This document shows positions 36,386 through 49,577 of a DNA stretch of 64,000 nt, one piece after another. The stretch is from Octopus vulgaris (lineage: Eukaryota). The DNA is taken from the NCBI GenBank assembly GCA_951406725.2, contig OX597817.1:135532001-135596000 (forward strand). The letters are read 5' to 3'. A program made the translations under genes and the position numbers. The stretch's first letter is position 1. Each line of letters starts with the position of its first letter. The notes beneath the pieces are model-generated. The model saw only the letters and a list, made by a program, of their open reading frames with translations, was not told where the DNA came from and ran no database searches.

Positions 36386-39300
36386 CTGGAAAATAAACAA
36401 TAGACAATATAATTATAAAGTCTTACAATTCATGCATTAAAAAAAATGAGGGGGGGGAGAAGAAAAAAAATTAACAACTTGTTGAAGTTCATCGTCACTA
36501 TCATCATCATTCAGGGTTTCCATTCAATGCTTTAGAAGAGAGGGTGGAGGTGATAAGGTTGGGGCAGGGAAGAGATAAAATAGTAGTGGGGATGTGTCTG
36601 GATTAGGGTTAGAGACCCTCAAAGTACAAGGTGAGTAAAGCGAATGGGGAGAGTGAGAGATGAGGAATGAAGGTGAGGTGAATATAATCTTTTCTACTCT
36701 CGGCACAAGGCCCAAAATTTTGGGGAGGGGCGGCCAGTCAATTAGATCGACCCCAGTACACAACTGGTACTTAATTTATCGACCCCGAAAGGATGAAAGG
36801 CAAAGTGAAACTCGGCGGAATTTCAACTCAGAACGTAAAGACAGATGAAATACCATTAAGCATTTCACCCGGCCTGCTAACGTTTCTGCCAGCTTGCTGC
36901 CTTGGTGGGGTGAATCTCTTATCTCTTATGATAAAAGGCAGATTTTCTCTGCCTGTTCCCATGTTTCTTTTTAATACAATTCTATAATATAGAATTTCTT
37001 CAATTGGAATTTACCTATGATTTTTCCAAGTAGATTCGATTATGTCATGGCATGTAAAGTTTTTTCAATTTGACCACCAATTAAGCAAAAATTCAAGAAA
37101 ACTCAATATTTTACGATTTGCCTCTCTCATTTCAAGTGGTTTACTCCTGCTATTACCACCACACTTTCTCCTACTTTCTCTTTGCAAGTGTGAAACTATT
37201 AAAGTGAAAGTATTATATAACAGGGATGAGCCATTAATAGTGGTCATCCTTTTTGCTAGAGGAAGATCCACTATGGTCTTATATGCTACACCACTGGTTT
37301 TCAATTCATATTAATCAAATTAATATTCAATTTTTCACCCTTATTATGTGTGTGTCTGTGTGTGTGTATTAGCAATTCGTATAAAATTGCATCAATGACT
37401 TGAACTTGAATAAGTGGTTTCACATAAATGGGGATAAATTAAAAAGGTTTGTTGTTATTATTATTACTGTTTGACTGTTGTAATCATGTTTGTTGGTTCC
37501 TCGTCAGGGAAACGTTGTTGTGTTGCATTTGTTAAATAATTGTAAACTGTAACCCTCCCCCTTTCAGAGAAGGGGCTTTGGTTATTGTTTAAAAATTGAA
37601 TTGTATCCCTGTTTGGGGAAATCGACAATATTTTCACCGTCTTTACGGAAGCATTTTTGTTAAAATGCCTTCGATAGAAGAAAGTCCAAAGATGAATTTC
37701 GCTGCAGCCGTACACTTCTATACAAGAGGGAGGACAAGATCCAATTGATCGAAATTGCAAGAGACAGGCCTACAATTCCAGTCTGTTATATATTTTGAGT
37801 ATTGTTATCACTAGCGATATCAAGATATAAATTTATATTTTGTATTTTATGTAGATTTTATGTGTAGATGTATATATATAGATGTACATGTAATATGTAC
37901 ACATATATATATATACACATATATACATGCATAATATATCTACCCATACACACATACGCACACACACACACACACATACATAGGGGCAGGTGTGGCTGTG
38001 TGGTAACAAACTACGTTCCAAACACATGGTCCTGGGTTCAGTCCCACTGTGTGGTGACTTGGCATGTGTCTTCTGCTGTAGCTTCAGACCAACAAAAGCC
38101 TTATCAGTGGATATGAGAACAGTAACATGGCTCTTTTCAAGGCAACCTTGCATTCAATTCTTACACTATTCTACGAAGGGGAAGGAACCCCTTTACACGG
38201 CTTTCTATACACTTACAAATACATTCATTCGCCATAAACTTATGTCAATATTTGCCTGAATAATCATCATAATTCAGTGCAATCATTAACAGTACTTTCA
38301 AGCAATTCAGCCCTGAGCATCGCCAGGCAATTCTGCTAGTATGATAATAAGTGTTGAGTGGATGGACAGTAGAGAAGATAAGGTGAGAATTGTAGAGATA
38401 GGAAATGGTTGAGTTGGATTAGAAGGTGGGGCAATGGTGCATGGGGGTGAAGGTCTCTCAGACAAAAGAGGAAGAAGAAAAGTAATGTTGGTTAAGATAA
38501 TTGAGAATTTTAACCCTTTAACATTTAAAACAGCCAAATTTTATCTGTTTTATGTTCAAAGTGATCAGATCCTGCCTCTCACACCTACCCTACAATGTCA
38601 TTCTAAAAATACTCATATCATCAAAATCTTGAAGCTACGAGATAATACAGGATTAATACAGGATTAGTTCAATGAGAAGAAATAAGGTGGATGCTGAAGG
38701 TTAGAATTAAAAACTAATGCAATATAGAAATAGTACGCAGAATGGATTCTTGGAACGGAAGTCTACAGGTTTAATATGATAGAGCTGTAGTGGGAATATA
38801 TAGTCAGTACGAGGTGTTGATGTGGTTGCGTGTATGTTATTATAACAGATCATAAAGAGATGAAGAATAAATTTAAGAACTACATATTTACTAAATAAAA
38901 ATATATTTTATTTACTTGTCGATGATGATACATGGAACCAAAATGTAGAATCTAGTTGAATGAAGTAATCTATGCAAGAAAGTTCAGAGATAGAAAATGT
39001 AGAAATAACAGCTAAGTGGTGGTTTTCAGTCATGTGGCATAGAGAAATAGACAGGCATAGCAATGACGTGAATGGCTCAAAGGCTAATCAACTGAGAAAC
39101 AAAGGGCAGGGTTAGCAAGCTATTAATGGAACGCTAGACATTCAAGAAACTTCCTAGAGAAACGCTAAGCTTCTTGAATAATTAATAATCATGTCTCATG
39201 ACACAGATGCTTCGAGAAACTTAGAAAAGGGAGGTTACTCTATGATCTTTCTTGCAAGGGAGATCATTCAACTATTTAGCTATGTAGACCACTACAGATC

Positions 39301-40997
39301 TGAGAAAGAGACAGATAACATGTGAAAGGGCAGAGGGATGGGTGGTAAATCCAATGTATTGCCTGGTTTACCAGTGCTACCACTGGTTCTTCACTGTTAT
39401 CAATGGATTCCTGGCAGAATTGTTAGCACGCTGGAGTTCAAATTCTGCCGAGATCAACTTTACCTTTCATCCTTTCGGGGTTGATAAATTAAGTACCAGT
39501 TGCATACTGGGGTCGATTTAATTGATTGGCTCCCTTGCCCCAAATTTCAGGCAGAAAGGATTATTAATGGATTCCACAACTGCAAGAATTCAGAACCAAT
39601 TTTCCAGACTGGCACACTTAATACCTTCTTACTAGAATAAGATTTGAGTCAGTTTTTCGTTCCCTTTCACTTGTCAGTCAAGGAGACCTTTTAGAAAAGG
39701 AAAGTCGTGGACATGAACCTTTCTCCCCCACTTAATATATCATAACATTTTTTTAAAGCATAACTGTGATGAGAGTGGTGAGGTGTTGATAGATATTTAA
39801 TGCATTTGGTGCAGGTGGTAAAAAGCTTGCTTCCCAGCCATGGAGTCTCAGGGTCAATCCCACTGCACAGCACTTGAGCAAGTGACTTCGACTACAGCGC
39901 CAGGCCAAAAAGCCTTGGAAGCAGATTTCAAAAATGAAATCAGGACAAAGCTTGTTGAGAGAGAAAGAGAGAGAAGGAGTGATTGGGGGGGGGGGCTCCC
40001 TTGTCTTCATATCACAGGACTGTCGTAAATGAGCATCACTGTCACACAAGCCGTTTGTCGCCAGTCTTCTTTGTAAAAGAGAAGACAGGCAACAGAGAAA
40101 CATTGCCTTGCTTAAAACCAGGTGAGGGTTAGCAACAGGAAGGGCATCCAGCTGTAGGGAAAAAAAATGTACCTCAACAAATTCTGTCCAATTCATGCAA
40201 ACCTGAAAAAGTGGACGATAAGCAATAATGATTGATGATTGCCGGGCTAAACAGCAGATATGTGATTGAACTCCCAGCACAAACATGTTACTATTTTGGC
40301 AACACACACACACACACATACACATACACACACACATGCACATACACACCAGCAGCTGCCACAACTGTCACCACCACCACCACCATCCCTGAATGATTTA
40401 AACTAAAATTTACCTTTCATTGAAAATGCTACAATAATCTGGTGATAATAGTTTTATAAAGTTTTCTTTTTTCTCAAGAAAAGAAAGCTGAAGCAGATAC
40501 TTGTCAGGCAACACTTTTGAAAGCTTGGCAACGTTTCTATTAATCAGGGTATTTCAAGAGGCCTTGATTTGTTATGTGGGTATTTTTATTACTTTAGAGT
40601 TGCTTTTAGCCAAGCAAAATATCTAAAATATACAATAAACCACCACTTGGCATTTTTGCTATTCTTAGAAATACTAAAATAAATTAGATGATTGACAAAG
40701 ATCATCATCATCACCATCATCACCACTGTCATCACCATCATCATCATTTAACATCCATGTTCCGTAAGTTTGACAGTTTGACAAGATCCAGTGGGTCCAA
40801 GAACTGCATGGTGCTCCTGTGCCTACTTTCGTATGGTTTCTATGGCTGGACACCCTTACTAATATCAACCACTTTAGAGTGTGTACTGGAGGTTTTTCTG
40901 TCACCAGTGCTAGTGAGGCTGCCGTGCAGTTTGCACAACTATGAACCCTGAGGCAGTTTATGGTAGGAGATATGGAAGTCAACCAGTTAGCATTTAA

Positions 40998-41217
40998 CCC
41001 TTTTGTTACTAACCCAGCCAAAACCGGCTCTGGTTATGTGGTAAAATGTCTTGTTTTCATAAGTTTTGAATCAAAATCTTCCACCAAGCCTTAGTCACAA
41101 TTTACATTCCTAACACTAGCTTAATGATAACTAAGTTATTTTACTAAATTGTTTGTTACAGTTAAAGTAATTGAAAGAAACACAGAGCATCTCAAAATAA
41201 ATACGGTAGCGAAAGGG
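40998..41217. mobile_element. 220-bp piggyBac-like MITE nested in another TTAA MITE
   Basis: TTAA (40994-40997) CCCTTTTGTTAC ... GTAGCGAAAGGG TTAA (41218-41221). Confidence 0.75.
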
Positions 41218-43950
41218 TTAACCTGGCCATGTCCAGCGCAAATACCCCACCTGTTTTATGTTACAACAGACCCAGTCCAATCTCTCACACCTAACCTACA
41301 ATGTCTTTCTAAGAATATACAAACACACCATATATAAAGGAATGTGAATAAATAAATAAGTTTGACAAAGAAATCTGAATGCTAAGGGTTAAAGTTAGAG
41401 AGAAAAACCAGAGCAGAACAGGTTTCTTACTATAAGAGAACTACATGACCACTCGCAATTTAGAAGTGACAGGGTAGTCTGGATGGAACTGGAGAGAGAT
41501 AAAAATAGGTGTTTGGGTGGCCCTCAACACCTCCATGATATGATGATAAAGTCATGTTTAATATCCTATATGGGGAAATGACAGATGAATTACTGGGGTT
41601 ATCAACCAAAATATCAAGTCTTGTCTCCCTGCCACATGCAATGTGTACAAGAAACTTGGTTAAAAAGGTAAAAGTTATAAAAATATTTAAGCTGTACAAT
41701 GAGCAAAATACTATATCTTTTATGTTTTCTTCTGTCAGTCATTAGATTGTGGCCATGCTGGATTACTGCCTTGAAGACTTTTTAGTCAAACAAATCAACC
41801 CCAAGACTTTTTTTCTAAGATTGGTACTTATTCTCTCAGCCTCTTTTGTCAAACCACTAAGTTATAGGGACATAAACACACCAACACTGGTTTTCAAGCA
41901 GTGGTGGAGGACAAACAAAGACACACACACAAATCCACTCACAAGGCTTTGATCGGACTGAGGCTATAGTAGAGGACACTTGTCTGAGGTGCCATGCAGT
42001 GAGACTGAACCTGGAACCATGAGATTGGGAAATAAGTTTCTTACCACACCTGCACCTATGACAGAATCATTGATAGACACACAAACAGTCTGATATAGTC
42101 AAGTTTAAATTCTTTTAGTCCGCTGACAGAAAAACCTGAACACTCAGTACAACTGCTGACTGTTCCTAACTGATCAGAGCAAATAACAAGGTTAAATGGT
42201 TTTGTTTAACCTTGTTATTTCGTTTTATCAGCTTTCTGTGCTGAAGTCAGTTATAAAACAGAGTCACCTTTTAGTATATGACACACTTTTGTTCTATTTG
42301 TTACAATATATTTGGCAATAAATACTTGCTCTCAACATAATGTTGGTATGTTCACAAGTTATCAGCAATGTCGTCACCATTTGTGACATCCATGCTGCCA
42401 TGGGGGTGGGGACAGTTTGACAGGATTTGATGGGGGGGGCAACGACTGCATTGTACTCCACTACCTACTTTAGTATGGTTTCTGCAACTGGATGTACTTT
42501 CTAATACAAACCATTTTACAGCTTGTACTGAATGCTTTTTCATGGCACCAGCAGCATTAAGGTTGCCATTCAAGAGCCCTGAGCTAGGAGGTGAGGGATT
42601 AAATTATGAGAGAAGGGGCCAGAGCAAAACAGGTTTCTTGCTGTGGAGGAGCTACATGGCTACTCACATTATACAAGACAGGGTGAGGAATGATCAGGGT
42701 GGAGCTGGAAAGAGACAAAAAACTAATGGTGATGAGGTGGTGCCTGGGTGGACTGTCAAGATACAAGGTGAGTAGAAACAAGAAGGGAGCCTAGATGAGT
42801 AGGGGTTGCAAGAGAGTATGGGGAAATGAGAGATGGGGAATGGGTAAGAAGAGGGAAGTGGGGTAACAAATATAAAGATTGGATAGGATTGAAAGGGGTC
42901 ACCAAATTTCTACTGAAATGCAATAAAGAATTTATTAAAGTAACTTTGACGTTACTAATCCAGTGTTTGGAACAAATTAGCATGAAATTTTGATGGACGC
43001 TTTTAATCTGTTGGAATACTCTGCCTTTATTTCAAGTAACTTTTTCCTTATTAATCTGGTGTTTGGAACAGAAATTCACATGGAATTCTGATGGAAGCTT
43101 TTAATTTAGATCACTTTAAGACATGAAGTTTATGGCACAGAACCAAGGGTGATGGTCTCAGGTGGGTTGGTGTCAAAAAGGTTTACGTATGACATTTTCT
43201 GTCAAGGAAACCAGTTTTTACTCACAAACTCTTTATATTGTGGACAAAGAAAGAACATGAACATGACTACATGAAACCAATCCTTCACACACACACACAC
43301 AGAGTAAAGACAATGAAGAAATAACAAAGAGTGTTTAATATGGCTACGAAGTAAAACAATTCATTAAAAACACTTTTTGGTAGATTTCTTTTTGTTTTGA
43401 TGGTGGTAGTGGTTCATTTATTTATTTATTTACTTTTTTTAACCAAAAGAATTGATCATTGAGAATGGTTCTCTCTTTCAGAATACTATGCAAAAATAAG
43501 TTTCATCGAATGATTATTTCCTCTAATCTATGTAACTCTGGTCTCCCCTTTAACCTTGTTCGGAAATTGCTTGCAGCGGAAAACATCTATTCATAAAAAA
43601 GATTATGTGAACGTAAGTCTGCGTGCGTGCATATGTGGGTGGGTGTATAAAAAAATGTGAAGAAAAGAAGGAAAATAAACAAAAGATTTTAGAAAGAGAA
43701 AAATATCTTTATTTGGGTGGAGGATTTTTTTTCATGTTTTTCACTTCTTTGTTTTTTTTTTTTACTGTTCTTTTGTTTTTGAAAATATCTATTTGTACAA
43801 AAGATACAAATAAAAGACATAAAAATTAGAGTGGATATAAACATTTAACATTTTATGAACTCGATCAATACATAATGAGGAGACGTAGCTTTCTTGGAAT
43901 CAATGATCTCTTTTCTACTCCCTCTTTTACTTTCTTTCTCTCTCTCTCTC

Positions 43951-43981
<31 letters not shown>

Positions 43982-44521
43982 CATATGTCGATCTGTCTAT
44001 CTATGCCTCACATATTATCTTCAATTACTTTTCACGGATTTCTAATCGAAACAAAAACACCAAAACAATCCTCAATAAATTTTTTTCAGTGAAAATACTC
44101 AGAGAATCTTGTTCAATTTACAAACACTCATCATTACTGCATTAAACAAAATGTTTCCTGTGTTATTTATTCAATTTTTTTTGTGCGTGTGTGTGTCTTT
44201 TAGATTCAATAAAAAAAAAAAGACAAAAACAAAACCAAAATTCTCTACAGTTTCACAATAAACCAAGAAAAATCAATGAATTCAGAAATATATATAAAGC
44301 AAAGTTTAGTGATGCAAATATAATTTAATCCATGTCTTCCCATCACTCATCCTGTAAATAGTTAATTCCACCAGAACGGAAAAATGGTGCAGAAGAATAA
44401 AAGAAGCAGAATACAGTTTAATGGTGTACTGCAGCAAAATTTAGAATATGTTGGGGTTGACGTACGTACAATGCTTGACTTTCATTTGTCTGCTGTTGAT
44501 TTTAAGGACAGTATCCTTAAA

Positions 44522-44910
44522 AGTGGCTGTGTGGTAAGTAGCTTGCTTACCAACCACATGGTTCCGGGTTCAGTCCCACTGTGTGGCATCTTGGGCAAGT
44601 GTCTTCTGCTATAGCCTGGGGCCGACCAATACCTTGTGAGTGGATTTGGTAGACGGAAATTGAAAGAAGCCTGTCGTATATATGTATGTGTGTGTATATG
44701 TTTGTGTGTCTGTATTTGTCCCTCTAGCATTGCTTGACAACCAATGCTGGTGTGTTTACGTCCCCGTCACCTAGCGGTTCGGCAAAAGAGACCAATAGAA
44801 TAAGTACTGGGCTTACAAAGAATAAGTTCCGGGGTCGATTTGCTCGACTAAAGGCGGTGCTCCAGCATGGCCGCAGTCAAATGACTGAAACAAGTAAAAG
44901 AGTAAAAAGA
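44522..44910 (+). mobile_element. tRNA-derived CORE-like SINE family B, best copy (many more across the window)
   Basis: tggctgtgtgg (A box), gggttcagtccc (B box), tggcatcttgggcaagtgtctt (CORE-like), internal (TG)n, tail ggcggtgctccagcatggccgcagtcaaatgactgaaacaagtaaaag. Other copies at ~670-1056, 11845-12135, 20245-20760, 21085-21480, 32675-33045, 41725-42058, 49932-50283, 51680-52018 and 52580-52975. Confidence 0.88.
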
Positions 44911-45140
44911 GTATATATCTTTTGTCTTTGATCTGTTTCAGTCATTTAGACTGTGGCCATGCTGGGGCACCATCTTGAAGAATTTATTTTAGTTGAACAC
45001 AATGACCCCAGTGCTTTTTTGGGGGGAAGCCTGGTACTTTAGTGGTGAATGACAAACACACACACACACACATATATATGTGAGCGCATATGTATCATTG
45101 GCGATTTTCTTTCTCCGTCTTCCCTTCTTTGGACTCTATA

Positions 45141-45173
45141 TTTCTGACGAAGAGCTCCGCTCGAAACATGAAA
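45141..45173 (+). ncRNA. Minimal hammerhead-like motif (cleavage-site region mutated)
   Basis: ttt-CTGACGA-agagc(tcc)gctc-GAAA-CA-TG-aaa, inside a ~190-bp insert flanked by (TA/CA)n. Confidence 0.5.
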
Positions 45174-45349
45174 TCCTCCTTCTTTCTTTCCTTTCCTGAG
45201 CATCCAATAACACTATACTTATTCCACGTCTTCGCGTTGTTGTGTTTTCTCTTTGTTCATGTTCGGATTAACAATATATATATATACATATATATATACA
45301 CACACACACACATATGCGTAAACATTTATACATACACACATATATATAT

Positions 45350-46757
45350 TTTGCACCCCCTCTAGCTGAGCTCTAGAGAAACTCACTTGATGCAGGCTAC
45401 ATTCCCGATGATTTTCTTTCCCAGTCTGTCGTTCCAGTCTTCAAAAAGGGAAACAAATCTCTTCCAGTGACCTACCGTCCCATTTCACACACTTCTCATA
45501 TCATTAAAGTATTTGAGAGTAAAGGTGAGATTGCGAATAACTCACTTCCTCAAAGACAACAATCTGCTGAACCCCAACCAGCATAGTTTCCGTGATGGCA
45601 GGGACTGCCTGTCACCTTCTGCACCATTTTGATGACATCTTAAAAACGTTGTGAGAAGGCTCCAACACTGAGATCGTACACCTTGATTTCAGCAAACCAT
45701 TTGACAGAGTGGACCACAAAATCCTGCTGAAGAAAATGTCCAACATTGGAGTCCGTGGGGTAAAGTGTTTCCTGACGAACAGAACCCAACATGTTGTGTT
45801 TGAGGGAATATGATCCAGCTCAGCCAAAGTCAGTAGTGGTGTCCCACAAGGTACTGTTTTGGGCCCACTCTTCTTCATTATCTACATCAGCGACATAGTA
45901 GATGTCATCGAACATTCTAGATTGAAAATCATTGCAGATGATTCCAAATTCCAGAAAGCCATAAACGGCATGGGAGACTGAACATGCCTTCAGACAGATT
46001 TGTTTGCTGTTGTCCAATGAGTAGAAAAAACATGCTTTTAAATGAAGATAAATTTGATCTGATCCAGTTTGGTAAAGAGGAAACTCTGAAATCACTCTTC
46101 CCTCAGGTGACTCCCTCATGTCATCCAACAACACCAGAGACCTTAAAGTAATTGTTGATAACAATCTAAGCAAGAGTTTCCACGTAAACAGCAGGGTTGA
46201 CTTGGCCCGCAAGATGTGCTCCTGGATTCTGAGAACTTTCTGGTCCACAGATGCCTACACCATCATCCTTCTCTACTTTGACTCCACCTTGAATGCTGTT
46301 GCCCACTGTGGTCTCCCCATACGAAGCAACTCATAATGAAAGTGGAAGCACTCCAAATCTCTATAACAAGAAAGATAGACAGCATGAGAGGCATTGACTA
46401 TTGGGGTCGACTAAAAGACTCAATTTCTACTCTCTCCAACGCCGGCGAGAGCGCTACATCATTTGTGTTATGTGGACAATATTCCATCAATATTGCACAA
46501 ATGATGTTGGCATCAATTTTAAAATCCATCCAGGATTTGGCCCCCCGTGCTATCCGCCCACTACAAAAATCGAACTCAGCACACATAACATTACGTCACA
46601 ACTGCTTTACCTCAACCGGTCCAGCTCACTTTAATACCATTCCAATATACGTCAAAACAGAAACGGATCCCATAAAATTCAAATGTTCACTGGAGAAATT
46701 TCTTTAAAATATCCCAGACCAACCTCCTCCACCCAGATATATCTCCAACAATAATAA
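45350..46757 (+). mobile_element. CR1/L2-like LINE ORF2 fragment (RT and C-terminus), decayed
   Basis: PVFKKGNK, YRPISHTS, LDFSKPFDRVDH, GVPQGTVLGPLFFIIYISD, KIIADDSK, SLQRRRERY, FNTIP...IPDQP. Confidence 0.85.
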
Positions 46758-48406
46758 TGCTAGCATGGGTTGAATGATTTGACTGAGGACTGGCGAACCA
46801 TTGGCTGCACCAGGCTCAAATCTGATCTGGCAGAGTTTCTACAGCTGGATGCTCTTCCTAATGCCAACCACTCCGAGAGTGTAGTGGGTGCTTTTACGTT
46901 CCACTGGCACAAGGGCCAGTAAGGCGGTACTGGCAACGGTCACGGATAATCGTGTTTATTTTTTGTTTTCTTTTTACATGTCACCTGCACAAGTGCCAGT
47001 AAGGCAACGCTGGTAACAATCACGCTCGAATGGTGCTTTTTACATGCCACTGGCACGAATGCCAATTAGCCACTCTGGCAACGATCATGCTCAGATGGTG
47101 CTCTTAGTGCTCCACTAGCACAGATGCAAGTCATCGAATTTGATTTCGATTCCGATTTCACTTGCCTCAACAGGTCTTCGCAAGAAGTGTCCAATGAAGG
47201 GAAGGTACGCGTAAGTAGGCTGGTTACACCCCCTGGCTTAGGCTACAAGGTTATGGTCTCACTTGGCTTGCCGGGTCTTCTCAAGCACAGCATATTTCCA
47301 AAATTCTCGGTCACAAGTCATTGCCTTGGTGAGGCCTAATTTTCGAAGGTCATGCTTCACCACTTCATCCCAGATTTTCTTGGGTCTACCTCTTCCACAG
47401 GTTCCCTCAACCGCTAAGGTGTGGCACTTTTTCACACAGCTATCCTCATCCATTTTCGCTACATGACCATACCAGCGCAGTCATCTCTCTTGCACACCAC
47501 ATCTGATGCTTCTTTGGTCCAACTTTTTCTCTCAAGTTACTAACACTCTGTCGAGTATGCACACTGACATTACACATCCAGCGGAGCATACTGGCTTCAT
47601 TCCTTGCAAGCTTATGCATGTCCTCTGCAGTCACGGCCCATGCCTCACAACCATGTAGCATGGCTGTTCGTACACATGCGTCTACACACAGTCTACCTTT
47701 TACTCTGAACGAGAGGCCCTTTGTCACCAGTAGCGGTAAGAGCTCTCTGAACTTTGCCCAGGCTATTCTTATTCTAGCAGCTACACTTTCAGCGCACCCT
47801 CTCCCGCTACTGACTTGGTCACCTAGGTAATGGAAGCTATCAACTACTTCTAGTTTTTCTCCCTGGAATGTGGTGGAAGTTGTTCTCTGCACATTTTCAG
47901 TGTTTATTGCTCCTGAGCATCTGCCACATACAAAAACTATCTTCCCTGTTAGCCTTCCTTTGATATTTCTGTACCTTTTATGTGTCCATAGCTTACACTG
48001 GGTACTTCTTATAGAGTTTCTACCTACACCTTTTCTACAGATCGAGCAGGGCCGTCTACCTGAAGGGATTTGTGGTTTGCCTGCCTTCCTACTTATTGAC
48101 TCCAAGGCCCTTCGATTCTAATCCGTGTTTCCACACTTGAAACTTCTCCTCTAGTTCTGAAAGTGACTCAGCAATTAGAGCAAGGTCGTCAGCATAGAGG
48201 AGCTCTCAGGGGCATCCTGTCTTGAATTCCTCCGTTATTGCCTGGAGGACTATGATAAATAGAAGGGGGCTAAGGACTGAACCTTGGTGGACCCCTACCT
48301 CAACCCGGAATTCTTCACTGTACTTGATGCCAACCCTCACCTTACTGACAGTGTCCCTGTACATGGCTTCCACAGCTCTCACTAACCATTCATCTATCCC
48401 TAGTTT

Positions 48407-48408
<2 letters not shown>
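46758..48408 (-). mobile_element. 5'-truncated RTE-clade LINE: RT end, PHD-like finger, ORF2 C-terminus and 3' UTR
   Basis: GVHQGSVLSPLLFIIVL, LLYADDLALIAES, CSICRKGVGRNSI..QCKLWTHKR...CGRC, RGRPKKIWDEVVKHDL, stop at 47259, then the tandem-unit 3' UTR. Confidence 0.9.
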
Positions 48409-48452
<44 letters not shown>

Positions 48453-48525
48453 TTAATAATGGTAGAAATTGATATTAATCAATTAAAACCAGTAGCCTAG
48501 CATATTAAAAATCCAAAGATTAAAA

Positions 48526-49030
48526 ATGTATGTATGTATATATATACATACATATACATATGTATACATATACATATGTATACATATACATATGTATACA
48601 TATACATATGTATACATATACATATATATATACATATATACACATATATATATAGACATATACATAGACATATATACACACACATATATATACACATATA
48701 TACAAACATATATATATATACACATATTATATATATATACACACACATATATATTATATATATATACACATATACATACACATATATACACATATACATA
48801 CACATATACACACATACATATACACACATATATACACAAATACATACATATACACACATACATACATATACACACATATATATACACATATACATATATA
48901 TATATATACACACACACACGCACATACACATATACACATACATATATACACACACACACACACATACACATATATATATACACATACACATACATATACA
49001 CAAATATATATATGCACACATATATATACA
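48526..49030. repeat. Compound (TA)/(CA)/(TACA) microsatellite
   Basis: Directly visible. Confidence 0.95.
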
Positions 49031-49331
49031 CTGAACCGGGAACCATGTGGTTGGAGTGCAAACTCCTTACAACTCAACCATGCCTGCATCGATCTGTGCA
49101 AAGCTTTTGCAGAGATAGTCATTATCTTCATCTCGAATGGAAAACCTGAGAGATTTGTCACTTAAAGATAGACAATAAACAACTTCTTTGCATTAAATAT
49201 TGTTTGCGTTTAGAAGGAAACTTGACAGAATGGCGCAGGTCTATAATTTTAGAGATGATACAAACACTAACTGTACAATTACTAGACATGGCATCGGTAA
49301 TGACAGGTTTTTATATCCAATGTGGTGCCAA

Positions 49332-49451
49332 CGCTCTTAACCGCTACGCCATATGCCCATGGGCATATGGCATAGTGGTTAAGAGCATGGGCTACTAACC
49401 CCAAGATTCCAAGTTTGATTCCAGGCAGTGACCTGAATAGTAATAATGATG

Positions 49452-49503
<52 letters not shown>

Positions 49504-49577
49504 CAACAACATCGGAAAATACCTTAGGAATGAGAACCCAGGATTGAAATTTCCCCAAGACACCTGATGAAGGCTGG
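49332..49577 (+). mobile_element. Second copy of the tRNA-head/(AAT)n/hammerhead element, truncated in stem II
   Basis: Short inverted head centred on gccatatgcccatgggcatatggc; ends gacacCTGATGAaggctgg. Confidence 0.7.

Noticed and set aside
37464-37760. Minus-strand ORF as GRIPAP1 exon 1
   Set aside because: No similarity to the expected MA..LSEEEF.RMQ and no fitting donor.
44866-44900. SINE B tail stem + GAAACAAGTA as a hammerhead half
   Set aside because: Lacks CUGANGA; better explained as a LINE-recognition stem-loop.
48483-49161. Y/I/H/T- and C/V/M-rich ORFs (also at ~13.9, 19, 21 and 30 kb)
   Set aside because: Translations of TA/CA/CATA microsatellites.
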